64,000 nt of DNA from Callorhinchus milii (lineage: Eukaryota): contig NW_024704745.1 in assembly GCF_018977255.1 (NCBI RefSeq), positions 46,376,001 through 46,440,000 on the forward strand. The letters run 5' to 3'. Made by a program: the position numbers and the translations under genes. Below are positions 25,701 to 37,290 of this stretch, piece by piece. Within the stretch, counting starts at the first letter, position 1; each line of letters opens with the position of its first letter. The notes under the pieces are model-generated. The model searched no databases and had not been told where the DNA came from. It was given only the letters and a program-made list of their open reading frames with translations.

Positions 25701-26630
25701 TTACCCTAGCCTGGCAGATTTGAAAAAAAAACTAACAAGTGTCAACCTGGCACAATCACTAGCACTGTTACATCTGGCTCAGAAGGTCGTGGGTAAATGT
25801 TAGTATTTGAGTTTATAGACCAGGCTGACAGTACAGTGCTGGGGAAAAGCTGCATTGTTGAAGTGCGCCCTTTACATTCGTCAAACTGAATTCCAGTCTA
25901 CCTGCTGGAGATCCAATGACACTATTTTTCTTCTTGTATACAGGCTCACAATTCACCAAAATAAAAATCATTCATTCCTGGATTGTTAGTGGACCTTGCA
26001 GTTTGTAAAATTGGCTGCTTTAGTTGCCTGCTAAAACATAGTACTTAAACAGGAATTACTGTTCCATAGAACCACAGAAATCTACAACACAGTAGGAGGG
26101 ATTCAACAGTGTATTAATATTAGTTCCTTCGATAAAGTCATCTGTCCTAGTCCCAATGTTCTGCTCTTGTACCCTCGAATAACGTTCCACTTCATCTGTT
26201 TATTTACTTACTGTAGAAATCCAAAGAATTCTGCTCCAACACATACCACTGATAAATCATTCCAGACTGATAGTGCTACACTTTATTAGGTGCAAAGTGA
26301 TGACCTATAATATGGAATATGAAACTTACACATTTTGAAAAATATTTGTGGCCGATTAAAAAAATGTAGCTACATATGCATACACATCGGGACCCTATAG
26401 TCGAGTTTGAATACGCTTAAGCGTGGTTTAGGGTTTTGCATGTGTCAAACACTCGGGTGACCCCAAAAATACAAAAATTATCCCCAGAAAGTTTATAAAA
26501 AAGTGCAAATATTCATTTATTTTGTTAAAGGGACAACTCTGCCATGAACTTCAATATGTAAATTTACACTGCTCAAATTAGTTTAGAATACATTTGAAAT
26601 ATTTTTGCAAGTGATTATATATTTTTTTAC

Positions 26631-26969
26631 CTTTTATATCCAAATAGATTTTCTGCACTACTTTTCCTCCTGGAAAACTGTGAACTTGGCAGGAATACCA
26701 GCCTTTGTCAGATTCCTGAGCTTCTTTAATAATAATGGTGACACTGTTTTCGGTGACTTCCAATGTTGCTCTCAGTTTGTATGAAGAATTAAGTATTTTG
26801 TTCACTGGTGGATTGTAGATTGCAATCATTGTGTTGTTATCCTCCTTATTCACCTGAAATTGTACTGGTTTGTTGGAACTTTTACCAGGAGCTTCACATT
26901 GCAGGATAGCTTCATAGCCTTTCACTGCCGTTACATTCATAACACCTTCAATCTGCTGTGTTTCAAAGC
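26631..26969 (-). CDS. Gene A Ig V-set exon, nectin-receptor-like (CD226/CD96/TIGIT group)
   Basis: Acceptor tttctctcttttcaaaatAG, donor G|GTAAAA, 339 nt, phase 1-1. Cys pair 68 residues apart, DKGWYSC (DxGxYxC), 'IAIYNP' and 'HSFPGG' motifs, N-glycan sequons NVT, NNT, NSS. Confidence 0.95.
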
Positions 26970-27039
26970 CTATTTTGAAAAGAGAGAAAATGCAATTACC
27001 ACGACGAACCATATAAATTCTTCTCTAGTAACCCTGGCA

Positions 27040-27290
27040 CAATTTGTAATGCACATCTATGGGACTATTTGAAAAGGGAAGGACGTTCCTCATTTTGTCT
27101 GGCCAATAATCTCCCAAATAAAGTTTATCACTCACTCCATCACTGTTTGTGGGACAAATAGGCTGTCGTGTTTGCCTACAAAATACACACAGTCACACCA
27201 ATTTACATTTACTATGAAGTGCTTTGAGATGTCTTGATGACATGATAAGGTGTTATATCAAATGCAAGAATTATTATACTATTATTATAA
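27040..27290 (+). mobile_element. Deu-domain SINE
   Basis: Deu block and the atcaaatgcaagaattatt tail. Confidence 0.7.
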
Positions 27291-27299
27291 GATTGATTT

Positions 27300-27800
27300 G
27301 AATGAAGGCTCTTCAGCCCATTTGATATCTGCTGTCCTTCCATCACAATATTAAGTTACTTTTAAAATGAGTCCTGACCTCAATCACCTGTCCTGGCAAC
27401 CTATTCCAGTTATTAATTACCCATGCATAAAGAAAAACTTCCTGGTATCAATCCTGAAATTGTCTTTTGCAACTCTAAACCTATGTCCTATTTTTCTTCT
27501 GTCTTGGTACATCCCAAAGTATTGTCTTGGGTTCACTTTTTCAATCCCATTTAATATTTTATACATATCTATGAGTCATTTTCTTTCAAGGCTGAGGAAC
27601 CCTAGTTGTCTAATATTGATCATACCTCATTCTTCTAACACTGGAAATTATCCTAGTAGCTCTTGTCTGCACTGCCTCTCAGGCCTGGCAGCCCCTTTAT
27701 ATCATGGTGACCAGAAGTTATGCAGTATTCAAAGTGAGGTCTGACCTGAGGCCTGAATATGATGTCTGGGGAGCTAAACTTACTTAGCAATATAGCCCAA
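27300..27800 (-). mobile_element. Degenerate CR1 fragment
   Basis: Antisense ORF 27367-27744 resembles the antisense of the CR1 at 14492-14788. Confidence 0.65.
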
Positions 27801-27829
27801 CATCATCTTTGCCTTGTTTAGATTAGATT

Positions 27830-28490
27830 TCAGGTTCGACCCATAGCTGTCTTTCCTACCCCACATCTGGTTCCTGACCAGGATTTCTTTTCTTCATATT
27901 GCCCGCCTGTTTGACCCAGCCACACCCAAAACATTCGGCCATGTGTTTGTCACCTCTCATATCGATTATTCAAATGCCCTCCTCGCCGGTCTCCCCAGCT
28001 CCACCATTCTCAATTCCAGCTGATCCAAAACTTTGCCACCTGCATACATGCCTGCACTAAACTCCATACCCCCATCACACCAGTTCTAGCAAGGCTTCCT
28101 ATCACCAAACAGATTGACTTCAAGATCCTCACACACGTTTTCAAATCCCTTTATGCCCTGGCACCTCCCTACCCTTCGACTTGCTACCTTTCCAACCCAC
28201 AACCCGTTGCCTCCACTCGACTGGCTCTGGCCTTCCACATATCCCTCGTGCCCTCCGTTCCATCAGTGGCCACGCTTTCAGCCACTACGACTGTAACACT
28301 CTTCCTTTATCCCTCCGCCTTGCCCCTCCTTCCCATTTTCAGGTAGCACCTGAAGACCTTCCTCTTCGACCTTGCCTATGGTCACCTTCCCTCTCCTACT
28401 AGCTTGTGTTTGTGCTCCGTCATCGTTAAACGGTCTGGGATGTGACCCTGAGTGATGGGCGCTATATAAATACAGGTTGTTGTTGTTCCT
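27830..28490 (+). mobile_element. L2 3' fragment
   Basis: 'VFVTSHIDYSNALLAGLP' remnant and gggcgctatataaatacaggttgttg tail. Confidence 0.85.
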
Positions 28491-29933
28491 GTTTATTGCT
28501 GCCTCCCACAATTTTGACTTATTAAGTGACGATCTCTTGGTCCCTCTTGGTAAGTTCTATCCTATCCATAGAGTAGTTATGTTTCCTTAAAAAAGTCTAT
28601 GATATAGGTCAGACAAGACCTTCCCTTTCCGAACCCATGTTATCTATCATAGGGTCTTCCTAAAATAAAGAACTTGTAATAGTGTTTCTAAACCAGCTCT
28701 GTTATGTACAAAGTCAAATATTCTATCTCTGTGCCACTGTTAAAGATGTTTGTGTTACACCCTTGTACTTGCAGCAAGCAAGTCAGCATCTAAGACATTG
28801 GAGTTATTGCTGGTCCAAAAGAGAGTTTCTTTGCATTTTACAAATGTACATAAACTTTTTTGTTACAGTAACCAATTTAGCAATGAATGTTATACAAGAC
28901 TTAACCGTCCATTCAATCTACATACAGATTTGTTACATATTTTCCATCTGCACCTTTCAATAAACATCAGCTTTCAAAAGATATGTGAAATGATACTTTT
29001 CAGAAAAAAAACTTTAAAGACTTAGCTGCTGTAACTTTAGAGACTAGAAGCAAGGAGGGTCTGTGTTATAGATGTTAGCAAAACAATCCTTTGACTTGCG
29101 TTGAACCTTCAACAAATGTACGAATACCACAAGAAAGGGGCAGATGCATATCTAAATTGTTTCTGCACATCAGTTGGCATTATCAAGTGTCTTTTTGCAG
29201 TACTATAACATAGCAGTTAGAAATGCTGCTGTTACTCATTTCAAGAACTGTACTAATTAAATTATCAAAACTGCATTTATTTTGCTCATCCATGTATCTG
29301 ACACATGGGGCAGTCCATCATGATGATTAATAGTCTCCAAACAAAACTACTGACAATTCCACATATGTACGGTTTCCATTTGACTGGCACATATTGCGTA
29401 ATTTCTCGTTCTTGCTTCTTTTGAAAATAATCTGTCTACACGTAATCCACAATATCTTTCAATAGTTAAATAAATTAGCTTTGGGTCAATTGTTGAATTC
29501 AGTCCAAACTTTGAAGTGGTTTTCTCAAGAATTTATAGAAAACTGGACTCAGAGTAGACTGTATTTAAGTACTGTAGTTGACAAATTCTGAACTCTCTGA
29601 ATGGTACATTAATCTACTTAAAAATCTAGACCCTAGGTGGAATTTTCCCCCTGAAATAGCAAATAAAAATCCATGGAATTTTAAAAAACAATAACATTAA
29701 GGGAAAACTTCTACACTCTTTACAAAATATACATGGTATAAGTCCAAAGTATGTTACAGCAGTTAAGTGAAGTTCAAGAGTTTGTAGATATGAAAAAAAT
29801 GTGTACATCTGTATTTCAGAATAAAATGTTGAAAACAAAATAGTATTAATCTTACATCTTATTATTTTATTCTGCAAAATGCTATTTGGATTTAAATGGT
29901 TTTCTTGTAGAGTAATAGGAATCGCATACTTAC

Positions 29934-29991
29934 TAAGTCCAAAAAGCACATAGATACCAATGATCTTTAACATCTTGAGCATAGACATCAT
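29934..29991 (-). CDS. Gene A leader exon MMSMLKMLKIIGIYVLFGL(S)
   Basis: ATG to A|GTAAGT donor, 58 nt, phase 1; joins the V exon in frame (A+GC = Ser); hydrophobic core IIGIYVLFGL. Confidence 0.85.
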
Positions 29992-30582
29992 CCAAAATCT
30001 TCTATTAAAGCTGTTTTAATGAAAATGTGGGCTCCAACGATCAGCTTAGTTGAGCAATATAAGTAACAGGAACTTGCTAGTCAAACCAAAACCATCATTT
30101 GACCAAATTAGGGAAGTGGATAATGTTGTGTACAATGCTGTCACTTCGCTCCTAGTTAGAAATGAATGTCTTTTGCCTGGGATAACCAGATTCTAGCCCA
30201 AGATTACTTTGTACTTTGAATGAGACATTAAACCAAGACCCTGTCTACCTGTTCAGATGGACATTAAAGATCACATGACACTATTCAACAACAACAACAA
30301 CTTGCACTTATATAGCGCCCTCCAGAGCGCTTAACAGTGGCGGAGCCTGATTCTGAGCCGGGGGTGGGGATTGGCCGTAAGCCACCTATTCGCAAAGAAA
30401 AGAAAGTTTTTCCAGGTGTCCTGGACATTCTTGTCAGTGCTGTTCTTTCCACAGATTACCTAAACCCCACCCTGCCCCAAACTATGTACTTAATGATATT
30501 TACGGTACCTTCACTGTGAAATTGCATTCTTAGTTTAACTGAACCCTCCAACTAAAAAGTTATGTGCTATCACCTGAGCCAA

Positions 30583-30741
30583 GCTGATAACGAGATATAT
30601 GACAATTTTAGTGACCCCAGATAGAATAAATGATGTGTCAATGTCACTATTAAAGATTAACAACTGTGATACAAAATTGACAAGTGATAATATGAAGATC
30701 ATTATCAGGAAACAAGTGCCTGGATATTTTATTACTCTCAA
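30583..30741 (+). pseudogene. Possible decayed WW-domain exon (ARHGAP12/27-type)
   Basis: ADNEIYDNF...YEDHYQETSAWIFYY resembles 'PVYANL...WETHxDxxSGRxYYY'; it needs frameshifts to connect and has no second Trp. Confidence 0.25.
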
Positions 30742-32672
30742 CTGCCTGTTAGTTCTCATCTGCCCAGCAGTGATCTATAGTGATCGCAGTATGCTAGGTA
30801 GAAGATACAATATTTTCTTAACCACAGTTTCCTGTTTTCTGAGGTAGTGTATTCAACTTTTATCTTGTAAACTTCATAATTCAGTGCTCAGAGAAGTTGC
30901 AGAGAAATAAAGGGCGCAACTTAAATGCCAGTTGTTTTATTGAAATTGTCACCCTGATTTTGGCTATTATTTCAGAAATATCAGTAAAAAAATCGAATAA
31001 GTCAATACAATCTGTCTTGATAAGGCAAGGTATGAGAATGACAAATTTATATGTAGAGGAGAAGTGTTGACAATGTTGCAAGCTAAAATATATTGTACAG
31101 CAAATTTTAAACTGGAGCAAGTCATGTCCAATGTTTTTAGAACACTTGGTTTAGTATTTTTAAAGAAAATGGAGAAAAAATAGGTTACGTGAAGTCATTA
31201 TGGGCATAAAATGTGTTTAAAACATGTCTTTAAACCCATCCTTAATGGCAAGTTTGAGAGTGGACTATTCCTAACCACCAGAGAATAGTTCCGTCATTGG
31301 AAGATTAGCTCCATATTTTGTTTCTGTAAGCAAGCAACAAGTATAAATTAAGCCGATATCTGTTGTAACATGTTTGAGAATAATGGTAGCCCCACTTAGA
31401 TCAAAGTAACAAACAGGCAAGTGCAAACAAGGAGAAAATAAATATAAAGTAAGATATCATCCATATTATTAATTGAATCAATATTGTATTTCATTCACAA
31501 CGCTTGTTCATTATGAACATTTTAACATTTTAAAAATTGTTAATGTAAGCAATTAGAGCTTCATATCAAAATTATACTGAGCTGATTTAATGCTACTGTT
31601 TTTTGAAGTACTGTCTGAATAAAGACTTGGAAATAGAACAAAGGGCTGTTGAATCTCTGCTGAAACACAGAATGATTCCTGACTGACACTTAAGTGGCAC
31701 TTGTGTGTTCAGCAAATAAATTCACTTTTTGGTTGCTAGTGGAGCTTTAGAAAATGGATGTAAATAGATTCTGACAAGCAACAGGAAGCAATTTGACATC
31801 ATAACACTGAGGCTTGCAGTCACAGACACCGGACGTTCACTCAAACTGATTCTGACGGTCAGTCAGACTTTGCTGCCTTGAAATGTGGCATTTGCAGCAA
31901 CAGATATCAGGATAAAATTTGCAATCCGATGTGCAAAAAACAGAAATCGCATTTAATGTAACAAATCCAGTTTACACATTTTGAATTTTCAACCTTTTGC
32001 AGGTGTACTGGATTAAAATACAGGAACCCTAATTTTTTTCTGTCCATATTCAGCCACTACACCCTGAAACTCTGGGACACTCTTCCTCTATCCCTCTCCC
32101 TTGCCCCCATCTTCCCCATCTTCAGGTCACGCCTGGATGGTATCCTGTCACTATATAAATGCAAGTTGTTGTTATTCTTGAAGACCTTCCTCTTCGCCTG
32201 TGCCTCCCACTGGGAGACATGGAGTATTGTTCTTGCCTTACTTCTGTTCGGTTACTTAATAAATCATTCTCACTCTCAAATCATCATGAGACTGAACGAT
32301 ATTACGTCTAAAAGATTTATCAAAGACTCGATAGGCTTACATACAGGAGAAACTTCATACAATCAGTTAAACTGCATTAGATAGTAATACAGAACAAAAA
32401 ACACAATACATGCCTGTCCTGGAAGCTGGCGGAGACTGTCTCTCGATTGTCTGCAGCTCAACTCAAGAACAAACTCTTTATCCTTTATTACATTACGCGC
32501 TACACTTGCAAGCAGTTTCATTTAATCGGCCTTCTCTCTTTCGTCTGGCATTTTTATTTGTCCTTGAAAGGCTTGATCTTCACTTCTTAGGTATCTTTAT
32601 CCCTTAAGATTAAGAAAATGTGCTATTGTTAGTATCCCTTGTTCACATATTTGTACACATATCCTTTTAGTA

Positions 32673-32768
32673 GGACTCCTGTGGTGAGGACTCAGTGGGA
32701 GGGCTCAGTGGGAGGATTCCTGTTGGGAGGACTCCTGGTTGGAGAACTCCTGCACGGAGGATTCCTTG
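32673..32768. repeat. Tandem repeat, about 7 units of 13-15 nt (ggactcctgtggtga-like)
   Basis: Units ggactcctgtggtga, ggactcagtggga, gggctcagtggga, ggattcctgttggga, ggactcctggttgga, gaactcctgcacgga. Confidence 0.8.
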
Positions 32769-33204
32769 TTAGTCCATACATGTGTGATGAACTTGTTTAG
32801 GTCACGATAGGAGATCCCCCCTAAAATATGTTCATGACATTCCCTATACAAGACCTTTCCGATCATGTCTCTACATCAATCGGCTTTTGCGTTCTTCGCG
32901 GACGGACGGACATATTGTCTTTATCAGTATAGATAGATGACTCTTAAGTATGTAGCCTTTATGCCACATATGCATTGAAGTATTTTGTCAAGATGTGTCA
33001 AATGTCTTGTGTCTCTTTTGTTTTGCCCAAATCTTAGAAAATAAGTCAATCTTATTGTTCCTTCATTGCTCTTTACGTCTAAAATCTCTCATTCTGATAG
33101 TTACTACTTAGTTCTGCATTTTTGGACTTTGTCCACTGAGTCAATCCCATCATGCATTAAAATGGCCAATGGCAATATCATGAAGGATTCTGGATCTTTT
33201 GCAG

Positions 33205-33309
33205 TCCAAACTGAGTACATTATGCATGTTATTAAGACACGTGGATGACAACGGACAGAACTATTACTACAATCCTGACAGAGGGAGATCCGAATGGGAA
33301 CTTCCCCAA
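33205..33309 (+). CDS. WW-domain exon of an ARHGAP12/27/9/15-family RhoGAP (intact or relic)
   Basis: LLRHVDDNGQNYYYNPDRGRSEWELPQ versus recalled ARHGAP12 WLKHVDDQGRQYYYSADGSRSEWELPK; acceptor atcttttgcAG, donor CAA|GTAACA, 105 nt, phase 0-0. Confidence 0.65.
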
Positions 33310-33350
33310 GTAACACCCACAGTGAATGACTGCCGTGACCACATACCATA

Positions 33351-33722
33351 TACCTGTAGCTCAATGATTAGAGCACTCGTCTCGCAAGGAGAGGACCTCG
33401 GTTCAATTCCCGAGCAGGCAAAATCTTAGGCAAGTTTCCTTACTCCACACGCCTCTGTTTACCTAGCTGTAAGTAGGAACCCAGTTGTTAATCGATTGAC
33501 GGGTCGCTTTTCCGTAGGTAATAATGCTTTCAAAAAAATATATAATAGTAATTTGGTCACTCAATCCATAACTGTTTGTGGGACACTGTTTGTGTGCAAT
33601 TGGCTGCCGTGTTTCGCCCACAAAATATACAGCCAATTCACTTTGCAGTATATTTTGTGAAGCACTTTGAGATGTTTCGACGATGTGATAAGGCGCTATA
33701 ATAAAAGCAAGAATTATTATTA
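33351..33722 (+). mobile_element. tRNA-derived SINE, long subfamily
   Basis: Same head and tail as the short subfamily plus a 65-nt internal segment (33454-33518). Confidence 0.9.
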
Positions 33723-34684
33723 GTATTCCTGTATGTTTCCTATATTCCAACAGTTAAATTCATCTTTAAAAGTAAACACTTATCATTCTCCCAACTCACA
33801 GTAATTTTACAAACAAGGAGAGAATCATACATACTCGCCTCGCAAGTGAGAGGACCTAGAGTGCTACTTAGAGTGCCTGGTGTCACCAAACTTAGGAAAG
33901 GTTTTAGAATTATGAAAAATGTATGATGTATTATTGGTAATGAAACTATGGTGATAGCACGTTCATTTATTAAATGAAACTTCCAAAATACTGGTTCCTA
34001 TTTATCGAAAGTTCCCATTATTGCCAGAGATCCCATCGATATAATCTGACATTGTAGTTTTTACATCATTCCCAGTGTGGTGCGTGTGTCTTTGCCCAAT
34101 ATCCCTTTTGTCCTTTCATTACGAACATTTTAAAGTTTCCTACCATGCTGGAGATATATTATTCTGAAATCGCTATCTGTGAGGTTAATACAGAAAATAG
34201 TTAGTCAATATTTCATTTTGGCTTTGCTTTACGTCTGTATTATGCTTGTGTACACATTGGTTTGGGGATTATACATGTGATATATATTACTAACCGCACA
34301 CACATTGAGATGAAATGTGCGACATTTCATAACTTTCATAATTGTCACATTGAATTATTTATTAAACATCATATATTTCATCCAACAACGATGGTATTTG
34401 AAAATGTGCTACTGAACTCATTAGCATCTACTTGTTCACATATTTCCACACATATCCATTTGGGAAGCTCCTGTGTGAGGACTCAGTGGGAAGTGGGAAA
34501 ACATTTTGGTATATTTCACAACTTTTTTTATACTTAACCAACCAAAGAAACAGAGAGATTTCACCATAGAAGGAGACCATTCAATCCACCGTATCTGTGC
34601 CAAAACTGCTAATGAGCATTGATTAATGTTGCCTCATGTGCACTGATTGAACACAAATGGGGATTTAGATTATTTGACTGAGAT

Positions 34685-35985
34685 TACAACAACAACAACA
34701 AATTACATTTGTAAAGCATCTTTCATGTTGGCAGGACATCCCAAGCGCTGGCCAGTCAGGAATTGGACCCGAACAGGGGATTGGAACCATGGAGGGTAGG
34801 GGTAGGAGGTTGGCCGAATACGCGATCAAAGAGGAGGGTCTTGAGATGTGCTTCAAGGAGCCAATGGAGGGAGCAAGACAAAGGGACTGGGGATGGAGTT
34901 TCAAAAGGTGGGGGTAGAGAGGCTGAATGCTGGACCGCCAATGGTGGGGCGGGCCGGGTGGGGAAATGGAGCAGGCCAGAGCCTACTGAGCACAGAGGTT
35001 GATATGGGGTTAGAAGGTCACATAGGTAGAAAGAAGCAAGGCCACGGATGGAGGGCCTTGAAGGATTTTGAACTCTATCCTCTGGGGGATGGGGAACCAT
35101 GGAGCCGGGTGGGGGTGATAGGGTTACGGTGCCTGATATAGGAGAGGACATGAGCTGCAGAGTTCTGGATGATCACAGCTTGTGAAGGGAAGCGTTAGAA
35201 GGCTGACAAGCAGGGAAAATTGGTGTAGTCGAGCCTAGAAGTAATAATGCATGAATGAGGGTTTCAGTGGCCTGAGGGGTGAGGCAGTGGCATAGCTGGA
35301 CAATGTTGCGCAGGTGGTGGAAGCACTGATATGGGGATAGAAAGGACAGTTGAGGGTCAAACAAGATGCCAAGGTTCCAGACTGCCTCAGTGAGGTGGAG
35401 TGTGCATCCTTGCAATGAGGTGTGAAGGTGCTGACAGGAGCCAATCACGAGGGCCTCGATTTTGTTGATATTCAACTGGAGAAAGATTGCTCTCATACAG
35501 GACTTGATGTCTGACAGACATTGTGTCGGGACAGCAATGTTCTTGGAGTCGGGGGTGGAGGCAGAGAGAAAGAGTTGGGTGTCATACAAATGCATGTGAA
35601 AGTTTACTCCATATCTGTGGATGAAGTCATCAAGAAGGAGCATATAGATATTGAAGAGGAGCGGACCAAGGACAGAGCCCCGAGGAAAGTTGCAAGAGAT
35701 GGTGCGGAGGCTGGAAGAGAAGCCGTTTGTGGAGATAAAATGGAGACAGTGTGAAAGGTAGAATCTGAACCACTCAAGGACAGAACCATGAAGGCTGAGG
35801 TGAGAGAAGAGAACTGTGGAGGAGGATAGAGCTGTCAGTGGTGTCAAAAGCAGTAGAGAGGTCAAGGAGGATGAGAGGGAGCCCTGGTTACAGATGGACA
35901 AGATGTCATTTGTCACTTTGACCAAGGCTGTTTTTGTGCTTTGGATAGCACGGAACCCGATTGGAGGGGTTCTCAGAGGGAGATT
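34685..35985 (-). mobile_element. L2 LINE fragment (RT + 3' end)
   Basis: 'VKVTNDILSI', 'PRGSVLGPLLFNIYM' and 'HLRNIVQL'. Confidence 0.9.
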
Positions 35986-36139
35986 ACCGAGAGGATTACC
36001 TAGATTACTACATGTAAATGCAGAATTTATGTTTTGTTTAGTAATAGCAATAAAAGGAATGATATAATAAGAGGCACCCAGTAAATTCCTTTGTTTAATT
36101 CCAAAAATCTCTTTAGATATAGTGATGGCGTGAGTCAGG

Positions 36140-36360
36140 CTTATGTTAGATCACAGCTGTTGGCGAAGTAAATTCTTCTGAGAGCCTCTCTGCTGCATCT
36201 CAGGAGCTCAGATCCATAAATAAGGACTGTATGCCACAATAGTGACCTGCATTGGGACCTTGCTGTCCTTGAAGAGGGATGAGCATTACCAGAGTGCCCT
36301 TCACCCTTTTCAGTGACATACTTCAGGACAGTATCCTGGCTGAAGTTGGTAACCACCACA
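36140..36360 (-). mobile_element. Possible RTE-clade LINE fragment
   Basis: 'VLIYGSELL' resembles the RTE 'VLLYGSETW' motif. Confidence 0.4.
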
Positions 36361-36884
36361 ACTCCAAGGTCCCAATAAGAATCAACAATTAAGAGGAAGG
36401 AGCGATGGTTATGTAGTTATTTAGTCTAATTGAAAATGAAGCCAGAATCACAAATCTCAAAATGCATGGATCTCAAACTAAATATATTAACTTAATTGTT
36501 TAAACTGCGGTAAATATCATTCCTTCCACTTGTTTTTAACGAGCACATGCAAGAGACACATAGGGGCGATCGAGCAGTCAGTTGGAGACTCCTGCTGTAA
36601 ACGGATCACATCCTTACAGACATTTTTATATCAGGTTTTTCCTTGATAGAAAAACAATGATCTCACTGTTATCTGTATCTCAGTAATGTCACAACTAACG
36701 ATTTTATTGAAGGTCAGCAGTTAACCGCAAAAGCTTTAATGACAATCAATTACTAATCTGTTCTCAAGTTGCGTACTCGCACAGAGACTACAGATATGCT
36801 GGCAGTCTCCTAACTTTTTCAAAAATGTCCAAAATGCACAATCCAATAATTGGCTACAAATAAGTTGATTCTCCACATGGGCCA

Positions 36885-37290
36885 TGTTATCAAATCTCAC
36901 TCTCCTACTTGCTTCTCATAACCTCTGGTATTCCTCTATTTCAAGAATCAAATTATTTTTTAAAAGAATCTATGGACATTGCATCAACTATGGTTTGTGG
37001 CAGAGAATTCCACATTCTTTTTACTCAAAGTATAATAATTCTTTTTACTCAATCAAAGTATAATAAAGAAATAGTTCTGAATCTTCCCTTTGATTCTTTT
37101 TCTGAATATTTTAGATTGTGTCCTCTTATTACTGATGTGCCAACCAGTGAAAATGATCTATTGCTACCTACTTAATTATAACCCTTCACAAATTTGGAAG
37201 CCTCTTTCAGGGCACCCTTTAAATTTCTCAGCTCCAGTGAAAAACATCTATTTTTGTAAATCTCTACCCATAACTAAAACCCTATCAACC
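36885..37290 (-). mobile_element. Degenerate CR1 3' fragment
   Basis: Antisense resembles the CR1 at 38220-38600. Confidence 0.65.

Noticed and set aside
32673-32768. Repeat array considered as CRISPR-like
   Set aside because: Units are adjacent with no unique spacers, in a vertebrate context.
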